From the NCBI GenBank assembly GCA_010909165.1, contig VJWM01000238.1:199775-263774 (forward strand): DNA of 64,000 bases, read 5' to 3'. The DNA is from Anthoceros angustus. Its lineage: Eukaryota > Plantae > Anthocerotophyta. The notes under the pieces were generated by a model. That model ran no database searches, was not told the DNA's origin, and worked only from the letters and a program-made list of their open reading frames with translations. This document shows, one piece after another, positions 50,900 through 63,037 of this stretch. The position numbers and the translations under genes were made by a program. Each line of letters opens with the position of its first letter. Position 1 is the first letter of the stretch.

Positions 50900-51880
50900 G
50901 AAGACCAAGGATCTTGTAAGATCAAATTAAAGCCAGGTACACCAAACGCGCATGAGGTTGAAGTTCATTGTCTGGTCACAAATGTGAAGACATACGATGT
51001 CTTGCTTAATGTAGATGCGACCCATGGGCTTGCAATGGGAGTGGATCCCTTGCATGCAATTGCATTTTTTTTAGTGTGAATATGCAATTCCATTTTATAG
51101 GCCATGCTTGAAGGATGGTGATTTTACCAAGGTGGCCAAGATTCCTTTGGACATGTATCAACAATTTGGGAAAAGTAAAACAATGGTGGCTAACCAGACT
51201 AGTCTTTGCCTGCTGTGCTCATAGTGAGCATAGGAAGGAGGTGTGGGAAGATGCACACAAGCTGAATTGGGAGGAAGCCACGAAGCTGGAGAGGTGGGGT
51301 GGCGTGCTAAGGATCATAAAGAGCCAACAGCTGGAGGATGCTAGGGTTTGCAAAAATCAACATAAGAAGGACACTAGGCCATAGCAGTTGGAAGATGCAT
51401 GCCCATAGCATATGCTACAGAAGGCTAGTGTGGTGAATTGCGTAGGATAGAAGAATCAACAATGTTGTGGTTAGATGGAGGGCAAGCCCACGCTCCATAC
51501 AGTTGTTGGAGCTCCGCTTTGGGATTTTCAATGGATTGGAAGCTGTTCTTCCGTACGAAATCCGGGTTCTGAGCAATAATTGCATGGAGAAGGATGAGAA
51601 AATCAGGGCTGTTACCAAGAGTCGGATTTAAAGGCTACAGAAGCGTTTCCCTACGCTGCTTTCGGAGGAAGCCATTCGAGGCTACAAGAGGGGCAGGCTG
51701 ATGATTGATGTTCGGTTAGTGGGAACAAGCCCGATTTAGGCCTTGAAGCATCTAGTGAACATGGTTATGGTTGGATGGATGTGAATGCAAGACTGCTTTT
51801 GGGGGTCTGGATCAGTCATGGGAATATGACACTTTGCCCTTTGATTGAAGAATGCACCGATTTGTTTCCAGCGAATCGTG
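50900..51880 (+). mobile_element. Decayed Gypsy pol fragment: protease - cytosine methyltransferase - RT piece
   Basis: HCLVTNVKTYDVLLNVDATHGLAMGVD (protease C-terminal half, ~50965-51045); methyltransferase-like stretch; then KTAF(W)G..WEYDTLPF(G)LKNAPICFQRIV (RT, ~51789-51880). Confidence 0.7.
51452..51784 (+). pseudogene. DNA (cytosine-5) methyltransferase N-terminal half (motifs I-IV), retrotransposon-borne
   Basis: One frame reads VRWRASPRSIQLLELRFGIFNGLEAVLPYEIRVLSNNCMEKDEKIRAVTKSRI*RLQKRFPTLLSEEAIRGYKRGRLMIDVRLVGTSPI*ALKHLVNMVMVGWM*. This gives motif I (LELFxGIxxG), II (ExD), III (DV) and IV (DLVxxGWPC, decayed). Confidence 0.7.
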
Positions 51881-52974
51881 AAGGTGAAGCTTGAGCCTGA
51901 TGATGATTCTCATGGGAAGCTTGGGCTTCATGGTGGTTAATTAGAAGAAAATGTATTCGGTCGCTTTTACAGAAAACTCTGTGGCATCTAATGCCAAAAG
52001 TGGAGTCTGTGTCATGCCATGAACTCACAAGACTGACTGGACACATGACCAATAAAGTGATAGCCAAACATAACGCTGACACATGGCATAAGCCATGTGT
52101 CATGGATGGTGCATGAGCACACGAGGGCATGTATGTGTGTCTGTTTGGGCATGTATGTGTGTATGTTTGGGCATGTATGTGTGTATGTTTGAGCATGTAT
52201 GAGGTTGGATGACATGTGAGATAGTCTATAGAGATATTATGTGCCATGATATGCATGATCCATGTATGTCTCTTTGATGCATGTGAGGAATGATGGAATG
52301 GTACATGATGATGCGGATTGACTGTTTATAAACTCCTCAAAACTAGAATATCTATAAGCGGGACCAAAGGCCAAGGATTTAGGTAATTACTTTCCATTGG
52401 CATTATTGCAATTACTTTCAATTGGCATTATTATAATTACTTTCAATTGGCATCATTGCCAAAGGCCAAGGACATAATAGCTATATGACCTAGGTGCACT
52501 CCTTATTCCCATTGTTCATTGGGAAGAAGACGCACGTACCGGCGGAAGATGGCATGAGCCAAAGACTATATATGTAGCTCAATACTCCAAGGCAGGAGCC
52601 AGAGACTATATATATAGCTCAACACTCCAAACTAAGTGGATTATTGATGTTTGATGTAAGTATGATTAATAAAGAGGTAGCCATATTTCGTCTCACATTG
52701 ATTCTCTATCTTCTTTGCAACTCTTTGGGATCACATAATGGTGCACAAGTCCTGGATTTGTGTCACGTTTTTTGTTCGCGGGCTCTAGGCCTTCTTAGGC
52801 AATAGTCTCTGAGCATGCCTGTAGCTTAGTGGCCTAGTCACCTCATTTTTTGGCACTTGATGCTTTAGCTTAGTGCTAGACTTGTGCATAAGGACGAGAT
52901 ATCTAGCGAATAGATATAACGTCTAGCAGCCTATTGTCGAGATATAGCAAGCACATCAAGGAAGAAGAGGGCAC

Positions 52975-53230
52975 TTTAAACTTTGAGAACCTTCTATATT
53001 ATGATAGCTTCCTAATAAGGCAACTCAATCCCTATATTTTAAACTTTGAGAACCTTTTATATTATGATAGCTTCCTAATTAGGGTAGCTCAATCCCCATA
53101 TTCTAAACTTTGAGAACTTCCTATATTATGATAGCTTCCTATTTAGGGTAGCACAATCCCTACATTTTAAACTTTGACAACCTTCTATATTATGATAGCT
53201 TCCTAATTAGGGTAGCTCAATCCCTATATA
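52975..53230. repeat. Minisatellite ~64 bp x4
   Basis: aaactttgagaaccttctatattatgatagcttcctaattagggtagctcaatccc at ~52978, 53041, 53105, 53169. Confidence 0.92.
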
Positions 53231-53354
53231 AAACGACATGATATGTAGTATAAAATAAGGTTATGAGTTACTTATCATAAGATTTATTGTCGTACTTCTA
53301 TTACTATTGATTTTAAAACTTGTATCCATAGTATATACAAATATTCATAATACT

Positions 53355-53839
53355 ATGGACATAAGTTTGATTTACGATTTGCTCACATATTTTATGAACA
53401 TAAAGAAAATGATTCCAAGTGACTTGTGCAATATGCAAGGATTCTTTGAGGCGGGCCAAGAAATTACTAAAATCAACGATGTGCTCATGAGTATCATAAA
53501 ATATGTTTATATGCATGGTTGGATTTGAGTGCATATCCAATTGCAACTACATGCCCAATATGTAGGCGTGGCATACACTATAAAGAAAACAATATGGAGA
53601 ATAGTTTGCCATCTCAAGACCAAACCGGTTTGCTATCCGAAGGGGATAATCAGCTGATACAAAATATTGTGAGTGGGAGAATGCAGATGGATAGAATGTC
53701 CTACACAAGGATTGAACAAATCTTGGAACAATATGGAGAAAGTGCTATGCAGGGTAACAGCGAAGATGAAAGACATGATCTGTATATTGAATTGCGTTGG
53801 TGTATTGCTATATTCGAACATTTTAATCCATATCACTGA
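53355..53839 (+). CDS. RING-H2 zinc-finger protein (putative E3 ligase), frameshifted
   Basis: Joining frames over 53425-53569: CAICKDS(F)EAGQEITKI-RCAHEYHKICLYAWLDLSAYPIATTCPICRR = C3H2C3 spacing. Confidence 0.75.
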
Positions 53840-53861
53840 ATCTGGCACAGCTCTATGATAA

Positions 53862-54146
53862 ATGTGGCCATCCCATGTAGTAAGTAGACCATGGTGGATG
53901 TGGCCATCCCATGTAGTGAGAAGACCCATGGTGGATGTGGTCATCCCATGTAGTGAGTAGACCCATGGTGGATGTGGCCATCCCATGTAGTGAGTAGACC
54001 CATGGTGGATGTGGCCATCCCATGTAGTGAGTAGACCCTTGGTGGATGTGGCCATCCCATCTAGTGAGCAGACCCATGGTGGATATGGCCATCCCATGTA
54101 GTGAGTAGAACCATGATATATGTAGCCATTCCATGTAGTGAGTAGA
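53862..54146. repeat. Minisatellite 37 bp x~8
   Basis: catggtggatgtggccatcccatgtagtgagtagacc at 53890, 53927, 53964, 54001... Confidence 0.95.
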
Positions 54147-54474
54147 TCTGTAGCAGGGGCCATCCCAGCAAATAAACCTAGATGGTTGGGTTGAGAAGGA
54201 GATATTTATAATTTTAATATGAATTTTTAAAACAATATTGAAATATATAGATTTTTAATAATATTAATTAATTAATATCATGTAGGTAGTTATCCATAAA
54301 AGTTTCCAGTCTAAATAATCATTTTACTAGTTAATTTTGACTAAGTTTTGAATAAGAATAATCTACATATTTTTTAATTTTATAAAACCATCTGAAACAA
54401 CTTGAAGTATAATCAATTACAAGATAACTACTTTCTCTGTCGTAAGATGTCCATGGCTCCCAATATATGTACCA

Positions 54475-55226
54475 CTATATAGCTGCATACATATATTGGT
54501 TTTGAGTTACGTGATGATCCGAATCCGACTGTTTTAAAAAAGTGAAGCTAAGTTCATCATCTTCGAGGCGCGAATGTGTATGTGATGTAACGCAAGCAAA
54601 ATGAACGCGGTTTGCCAGAATCAGCCCCTCCTGCTCCACTTGTCCGTAACTTAGCAAGTGCCTCATGTCCATGCCCTTGCTGGGAATACCCAGCCCCAGC
54701 CATCGGCACCGTCCATGTCACCACATCCATTGTGGCCATGCTGTCAAAAACCTGGCGTGCATGTTCCATTTCGCCACATTTCGCGTACATGTCCACCAGG
54801 CAGCTGCCAACAAACAAGTTAGTACAAATACAGTTTGCACCATATCACAGTGCACTTTTCTGCCAGATACCAAGTCGGCGGCTAATGCACAGGCTCCAAG
54901 GGCAGGTACAGCATCCGCCTTCACTCCTGACCTCTTTACCTCATGGTAGAGTTTTATGGCCTCCTCAGGTTTCCCGTATAGCATGTGCAGAGATTATGGC
55001 CCATCTGCATATCCAAGGAAATGAGCTGCTCATCAACCCAAGCTGACTTCAACAAGTTGTTCACCCACAGCACCTCGCCGGACTCCTTACGCCGAAAGTC
55101 AGACGAACGGGAGCTCTTCTTATCTCGTCTCTTGTCCCACCACATAGCAGGGTCCAGAACAAATTGTTGCCACATGAGCTTTGGCTCCTGGCAACGACCA
55201 TAGTTGGAAAACCCGTCCCTACCCAC
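54475..55226 (-). pseudogene. Short PPR gene or fragment with an N-terminal OSB-type PDF motif
   Basis: 55172-55023: WQQFVLDPAMWWDKRRDKKSSRSSDFRRKESGEVLWV..AWVDEQL; then GKPEEAIKLYHEVKRSGVKAD..ALGACA..GRKVH, FVGSCLVDMYAKCGEMEHARQVFDSM..DVVTWT..GYSQQGHGHEAL. Confidence 0.75.
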
Positions 55227-55281
55227 ACAGGTGACGTCTCCGTAATAATGGGTTGATGGACGCAGGCAGGCGCCGTAAATG

Positions 55282-55328
55282 CTAACCCTGAGCCCTCAGC
55301 CCTCAGCCCTAAACCCTAAACCCTAAAC
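55282..55328. repeat. Short interstitial telomere-like repeat / telo-box
   Basis: ccctcag-ccctcag-ccctaaa-ccctaaa-ccctaaa. Confidence 0.7.
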
Positions 55329-55436
55329 TTTAAGCACCTTGTCTTGTTCCTGGCTTTGATAGCCAGCGCAAGGTTTCCTCTTCAGAGCAGCTGTTACAAA
55401 CCCTTGCGTTCCCCAGCAATCGTTTTGTCATGGCTT

Positions 55437-58411
55437 TCACCTGGCTAAGTGAGTTTGAGGATACCCGTCTTCACTTTGCCAGCCAGCCTCATGCAACGCT
55501 AGCCTTAGATCGTTCAACAGTGTGTATACTCCTTGCTGACATCTCCGGTCTCCCACCAGAAACGTGTGCACCTTCTCTCCGTGTTCTATCCAGCTCCGAC
55601 CAGGCTTCTTCCATGCACCTGCTCGTAATCTCAACTCATCCACTTCCTTGACGCAGTCCCATGCCTGCCTGAGCATACAAGGTTCCCATGAGCACATAGG
55701 CGGAAGGGTGTTGTGGTTCCAGAGCCCTTGCGCAATCGAACATACACCTTCCCAGCAGCACATTGTTATGTTTCCGCAAGCACCCAACAGCGACAGACAT
55801 GTAAGGTAGCAGCCAACGGCATGGTCGAGATCAAGGCTTCTGCCTTCTTCAGGAGTCCAGCACGGCCGAGCAAATCAATCAGACAGACATAGTGCTCCAC
55901 TTCTGCAGTGATGCCATTATCTTTGCTCATGCTTGAAGCACTCCAGGCCTTCATCCACCATGCCTGCATGACTGCATGCCGACAGGACTGCCAGAAATGT
56001 GACTCTGCTTGGCTTCACATCTGCCGCACACATTTCGTGATACCGCTGCACACAAGTCTTGTAGTCTCCTTGTCTAGCGTACCCAGCCATAAGTGCGTTC
56101 CAAGATACGACAGGCTCCGGCAGAGAGTCGAACGTGTTTTGGGCATCGACCATGCTCCCACATTTACCATATGCATGGATCAGACTGTTTGCCACAGGAA
56201 GACTGCACTCGAAGCCATCCACAATGTGTTGATGGATGTGCAGACACGTCTCCAGGGCTCCTGTGTTGCTGCAGGCCTCAAGACACACAGAAACGTGGCC
56301 TGGTTGGATGGTATCCCTTCTCCTAACATCAACTCCAAGATTTGCAGGGCCTTCTCCTTGGTCCTGCTGGGCATAAGCTGCGATCATTGCATTCCATGTG
56401 ACAACATCACGATTGAATAGTTGGTCGAACACCCTTCTCGCATCCATGAGGCTGCCACACCTTGCATACATGCTCACCAAAGCATTGCCTACAAACACGT
56501 CTGATTCAAATCCTCGAGGCAGCTTGCTGTGAATTTCCTTCCCTTCACGACTCCACTTTTACAGTTTGCCCATGGACAAGGGTGACTTCCTCCTTTTCAG
56601 CAAGGGAGGCACAGTGCACTGGCAAATGTCCAAGCATCTGGTCTGATGCCTTTCTCCGCATTTCAGAATAGAGATGCAAAGCGAGGTAGCCTTGCTCCTG
56701 CTGGGCATAAGCTGCGATCATAGTATTCCATGATACTACATCTCGTGACGAAGTCCAGCAAACACCTCCTGTGCATCCCTGAGGCTTCCACATTTTGAAT
56801 ACATGCTCATCAGAGTGTTTGCTACATAAGTATTCGATATCAAGCCCCTTGCAGCAGCTTCCGCATGTATGTCACGTCCCTCTTGCAGTGACATCACCTT
56901 GACATTTTGCCCGTGGATCAAACAACTTTCCTCCTTTTCAGCAAGGGTGCCACATGCTTGGAGAGCGCTGGCAAAGGTCCAAGTATCTGGTTCGATGCCT
57001 TCCACCATTCTCGTAAAGCTCTAGTGACTTTCCTCCTTGGTCGTGCTGAGCATATGCTGTAATGCAGTCCACAATACCAAGTTCCGGTTGGAGATTCTAT
57101 CAAAACTTGCTCCGCATCCCTGAGGCTGCCACACTTTGCATACATACTAACCAATGCACTACCCACAAACAATGATGAGTCGAGTGCCCTCTCAATAATC
57201 TCAGCGTGTATTTCCTCCCTTCTGTAGGGACGCCAATCTAAATTTATGTCCCTGGACAGCTATGCTCTCCTCCTGCTCTGCAAGAATTGCACATGCTTGA
57301 GAGCACCAACAAATGACCGATCATTTGTCCTGATCCCTTCTCTTTGCATTCTACAAAAGATCTGTAATGCCTTGCCACCTTGTCCCTGCTGGACATATGC
57401 AGCAATCATTGCATTCCATGGGACCGCATCCTGCTGGGACATTGTCCCCAACACCTGCTCTGCATCGACAATGCTCCCACATCTTGCATACATGCTAACC
57501 AACGTGCTACCAACAAAAACGTCCTTCTCAAAACCGCACAGAGAAGCTTCATAATGTAATTTCTTTCCTGTTTGCAACGATGCCAGTTTCACAATTTGGC
57601 CCTCCAGAAATGTACTTGGCTCTTTCTCTGCAAGGATAGCACAAGCCTGGAGAACACTAACAAAAGTTCTATCATCTGGTATAACTCCTTCGTCCTGCAT
57701 TTCAGCATAAATCTGCAAGGCCTCACGTCCTTTATCCTGCTGGGCATATGCTGCAATAAGGGCATTCCATGACACGACATCACGCTGAGAGAGTCTGGCA
57801 AACACCAGCTGGGCATCTGTGATGCTACCGCATTTAGCATACATACTAACCAGAGTATTGCCAAGGAAAACATCTGATTCGTACCCATACTTGCCCACAT
57901 CAGCATGAATCCGCTTTCCCTCCTGCAGGTCCTCCAGCCTGCTGCATGCCTTCAGCAAACTGACAAGCGTATATTTGTCAGGCTGCACACCTTCGACTTG
58001 CATCCGCTCATAGCATGAAATAGCCTCTCGACACTGTCCAGAGTTTCTATACCCAGAGATGATGGCTGTCCATGAGAAGACAGTTCGGTGCTGCAATCTT
58101 CCAAACAGCTGCAGCCCATCTGGCAAGCTTCCACAATTGACATGTGCCGTAACCAGGAGCTCGCCCAAATTCCTGTTCAGATCCAACCCATGTTTTGCCA
58201 AAAAAGCATGCACTTTCTTGGCATAGACTGGGGCCTTCTTCTTCATGCAAGCCTGCAATAACTTCTTACACGTCTGCACAGAAGGCACAGTCCCCTCCTG
58301 GTCCATGTGCACGAGGGCCTCCAGAGCCTTGTCCACCTGCCCATCCTTGCACAATCTCTCCACCTCCAAGGCACTTCCTTGAGTAACCTGCACCCTGCAA
58401 GGCCATAGCAT
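55437..58411 (-). CDS. PLS-class pentatricopeptide repeat protein, E/E+ subclass (organellar RNA-editing factor type); frameshifted in this consensus
   Basis: Repeated LVSMYAKCGS..DA..VF....RDVVSWNA.IAAYAQQ triplets; FLAVLSACSHAGMVDEG; EHYVCLIDLLGRAGLL; KKPGRSWIE..VHTFLVGD E+ region; no HxE/CxxC DYW domain before the stop. The true start may lie further upstream. Confidence 0.93.
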
Positions 58412-59669
58412 TAGACGAAAGCACTTCGGTACCCTACTTGGGCTCGTCTGTTATGCCATCAGAGTGGAGATACCTCTCATGGGCGGCAGTCAAAGCACGT
58501 ACACATCCATGCCGGCCCATCATCCCATCTGACAGTCGACTGTCCACCATAGTCGGATGTGGTGAAGCGTTCCACAACTTATTCAGCCACCGAAGGTCCA
58601 TCGACCTGACGTCAGGGTGGCATAGACATGGCTGCAGGCAAAAAGGCGCAGCCCTCAGAGCCAGGACTGATCCGCCTGGTTAATGACCCACCAAAGCTCA
58701 GGAAACGACCCATTCCCATCCACCATGCTCAGCCAGTAATGCGGCACTGATCCACCATGAGCCAAACCAAATCAAGCGTGCCTACCACTTCTTAAAGCCT
58801 GCATGGAAGAGAAGTCCATGTCCCTCTTCCTCCGAAATCCCATCACGGCCCAAGCTCCCTACAGGACACTCCGAAAAAGCATAAGCACTTGAGGTCCCCA
58901 CCTTCCCAAAGCACATTCCTTCACCACACGACCCAGAAACGATGTCCATCAGTACCTGCAGAGGAAGCTGCGAGTGTGGCAACAGCTCGCTTCGGAGGGA
59001 ACCAGCAACCACACCCAAATTCTCCATGACCCCAGGAAAAGCAAGCATGGCCGAAATCCGAGCTCCCAAAGTCATTGAGCTAAAATGCGCTCCCAACAGT
59101 ACCACAGCATCATCACAGCAGCACACACACCATCACCGCCCAGATCCGACATGGCTGCGGGAGAATGAAACGGAACTCACGGCCGGGGCAATGGAAGCAT
59201 ACATAACCCGACGCACCCGGGATCGTGCCATAGGCGCCAGTGGTTCAACTCCCCGCCACCGCCAGATTTCCCGCCACACCAAGGCGAACTCGGGGCTTCC
59301 CGGCGGCAGGACTAACCGCCACCAGAATCCCGCTCTCCGGGTAATGGAAGCCAAAGACCTGTTGCAGCCCAGCAGGCATCCTTAGCGCAGCCCCGGCTTC
59401 AGGACGGGCCCCTCGCGCCGCCGGGGAAGCTTCAGCCCGAGTGCAGCCGAACAGCAGGCGCTATGGCTCCCGCCGAAATGCTTCAAAATGATTCTGGGAT
59501 CACGGGCAGCCCTAGCCCAGGCACAGCCGCGAGCTCGGCAGAACTGGAGGGTACAAAATGCGGGCGGATTTCGCTTTTCCTGGAGCTTGCCTTCGTGCGT
59601 TCACACCCAGCCTCTGGTTCTGCTTCTGCGCAGACTGCCCTTGGGTGTTTTGTGATTTCTGGCAACAGG

Positions 59670-59857
59670 AATGTCATTCAGCGCGATGGGCGGCAGGAGG
59701 CGGTACACTTTGACAAGATCATAGCGCGGCTGAAGAAGCTCAGCTATGGCCTCAACCCCGATTACTGTGACCCCGTTGTGATCACCCTGAAGGTCTGTGC
59801 TGGGGTGTACGCCGGGGTGCACACGGCCATCTGGATGAGCTCGCTGCCCAGACCGCT
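59670..59857 (+). pseudogene. RNR1: Ribonucleotide reductase large subunit, N-terminal ATP-cone fragment
   Basis: VIQRDGRQEAVHFDKIIARLKKLSYGLNPDYCDPVVITLKVCAGVYAGV then, after a shift, LDELAAQTA; closely matches the plant RNR1 N-terminus; no further RNR1 exons seen in the window. Confidence 0.85.
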
Positions 59858-62800
59858 TGGATCCATCCTACATTCAATAAGTTTTGACATTTCTTTGAAC
59901 AACGATTTCATTCTCTACTTTACTTAATCGATGCTGTCTTCTGAAAATTGGTTCTTCTCATATTGGTTCTTCTGATTTAAGTCCTAACTTAAATTTTTGA
60001 TGTCTTCCCAATCCTTTTACACATATTTAGCCAGCTGAAAGCACGTGCTAGTGTATTTTCCCCATCTTTGCCAGATTATGTTTTTCCAAAGAGATCAGTA
60101 GGCATAAGACCCCTTACTTGAAAAATATGTGAAGGTGAAAATATTGAACGAGTATTTCTGGAGTTCTATATAGAAACGATGGAAATATTAGAAACAATAG
60201 TCTTTTGGTGGATCAAATATTGGACAAAGGTAAAAGAAGTACAAAAGTAATAAAGACTGCTTGACAATTTTTTCATTACATAAATAATAAAAAATGAACC
60301 TAGAAGATTATTTTTTACATTTGTTAGTTTTGTAGGTGCAATAATCTCTAATGATGATGAACCTGGAATGGGATTTGATGAAGCTGCTAATAAATGGGAG
60401 GAAGCAAGACCTATAGGAAGGGAGAGAGTAATAGGATTTGAGACGAATGCAATATTAGAAAATGGTATAACTTTAGAAAAGAGAAATAAAAAGTTATAAC
60501 AACCTATAGATTTGAATACTATGAAGTTGTTATTTATTTCAATCAAAATATTTCAAAAATGGAAATGAAGTGGAGACAACATTTGTTACAAGATGGTGGA
60601 CATACATTGAAAGCTGGGAAAGAGATCTTCCGAAAAAGAGGTGGAGGTGAACTTTCTAGTACATCTGTCAAAATGGTGAAAAAGTTTGTAGATGAGGAAG
60701 TTTAGTTTTGTGCAATGGAAGCTGGAGCGTAAGAGCAAGAGGCACCGCCACTTGCGGTAGAGTCGAGTCGACGGAGAGGTAGGATCGAGTGAAGGAGACA
60801 ACCCTAGGCGGGAAGAAAAGGAGGCAGGCGCTGAGCATCGAGAGGCTCCTCGACATGAAGCAGAGGGGCACATTTCAGTCTTGAGGCATCGGAGGCGCGA
60901 GGTTGGGGCGCTAAGGCGGCACAAGGTTGAAGAAATTGAGAGTGAAAGGAAGGATCGACCACCCACCGGGCGCCCGCAAGAAGATGTGGCGAGCGTCACC
61001 GAGCCTAACGTTGGAATTGTGTGTTGGAAGTGGTTTTGTTTTCATTTTCGAGGAAGAAGTGTTAGGCGAGCGAAGAAGGGCTGGGAAACGCCAAATTAGG
61101 GAAGTAATGTTCCTTCCTTCCAGTACGTGGAGGAAAACCCGGGCGCCATGCCTCGAGCTGGGAAAGGCAAGGAGAAAGGACTTACTTTGGCAGGTGCTCC
61201 TCTCGCGAGGAGAAAAAGGAAAGCGTGGCGGGGGCTCACGCCCGCCGGAGGAGGTGAACTTGTGATGCCCCAATTCCTTAACTTGCTTTGCTGTGGACGG
61301 CTCAACCCCGAGATTTAGTGGATTCGGTGATGGGGCGGGAAGAAGACAACATCATTAATTAGGGTGGGTGTATATGGCCATAATGGGCCTACACCACCTT
61401 TGGAATTGATTGAGGAGTGTTACATCCTACTAGAACTTGCATGTTGTCTATATGTGTATATATTTCGCTACGGTGCTCGGGTTGTACGTAAAATGGCCTT
61501 TGGCTGCGGATCGGGTTTAGGGTGTTGCGGTTATATATTGCGGTTGTATAACATGGATGTAACATACGATCGGTCGCCTTGGTTCCATTGAGCTAACGGG
61601 CTTCCCCCGCCGCACCCTTCAAATCGTATGTGTCCAGATGGCCAGTTTATTCGCACACATATCCGCGGATGTCGCACTACGTACTCATTGGGGCGGGCGA
61701 TTTAGTTCGGGCCGTTTCGATGGCCGAGGTTCCGCTGCAAGACGCCTTCTACCCGCCACCAATGAGCAAAGCTAGAAAATAGCTTGTCAAATTCAGTGGG
61801 AAGGTGACACATTGTTTCTCCAATTGTGTACAAATCGTTTGCCATTCGGTCATTACTGACATAGCTAAGTTGGCCACCACGTGTGTTCCGATTTACGTAG
61901 ATCGTTGGGGACGTGTCGCCTAAAGGCCTAAGCCTAAAAACTCACTTAATGAGCCACTGCCATTCATTTTTGCACAGTGTACGCACCCCGTGCATCTGAG
62001 GCATGGTGAAGAATTCGATGCGCCCTGCCTCTTTCTTTAAAGTTGTCTCCTTACCGACAGCGGGAATCGTCCGTCTCTCCTCTCCATGACTCCCTCCACC
62101 CCTCCTCTCAAGCGCTCCCGTGCGTTGCTCGCCTCAACTCATAGCCTTCTTCACTTGCTCACCTGATCTGTCGTGGTCTCAAACTTTCTTCCCCATCCTG
62201 CTCGCTTATGCACGCCAAAACGAACGCTTTCAAGTATTTATAACCCGTTCTAATGCGGCTCGATGAGGAAGCTTGACTCGCACGATCGCAAGCGAGCGTA
62301 GTCTCTCAAAATTGTGATGTCGGCTGATGGAACATTTGCACCACACTCAAGTCTGGAGCCAGCATCTTCACCAAGGAGCATTTGTCATGGGGTAGGCAAT
62401 CATCGAGGGAAGATGAAGATGCACATGAATGTGAAGCGCTTACATTCCTGGACCGTAGCCGATTTTATTGCCAGGAAAAACATAATCTATTACCGGTATG
62501 TTCAAAATGAGCAGGGGACGGTGAGAGTTAAGTGATCGAGTGCTTGGTGAGCGAGATTGAGACCGAGAGATGGGTGACCATAGAAGAGCGGAAGGGCCCG
62601 TTGAGAGGAGTGTGTGGAAGACCACATGTACACTAACCTCCTCGGACTATTGGTTTGAATGTTTTTTTGTTTTTCTTATGTTTTGTGTGATGGAGTGCTT
62701 AGGAAATGTCCGAGGCAAGGCCTTTTATACTAAAATGGTCCTTGGCCCATGACAATATTACTTTTACAAATAATTAGTCCTTGGGCCTCGAACCCGGAAT

Positions 62801-63037
62801 ATCAAAGGAAGCTAGAAGGTCCTTGGACCTTGGGATTTTAGGAATAAAAATTGTCTATATAAGGTGGGGATCCTTCATTCAAGGGGCCCAGGCCTGTGAA
62901 GAAGTGGAGACGCCTGCACCTCCGAGAAGTTCAGAAGCTAGCGGAGAGGTATAAGGAGAGAGGTGAGGCTAGGCTGTGGTCAAGAGAGAGGCAAATCAAG
63001 AAGGGTAGAGCAACACCCACCGCAGTTGGTCACACCC

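Noticed and set aside
51898-52958. Possible LTR (TGATG...CATCA with TATA and AATAAA)
   Set aside because: No matching TSD, PPT or second copy in the window
55282-55328. Chromosome end or telomere fusion
   Set aside because: Only about three perfect CCCTAAA units; consistent with a telo-box or short interstitial repeat
55437-58411. Declaring the PPR gene a pseudogene
   Set aside because: Frameshifting small deletions affect every gene in the window, pointing to consensus error; status cannot be decided without reads
59860-61320. Possible minus-strand LINE ORF1/endonuclease remnant truncating RNR1
   Set aside because: Composition is suggestive but no diagnostic motif could be read with confidence
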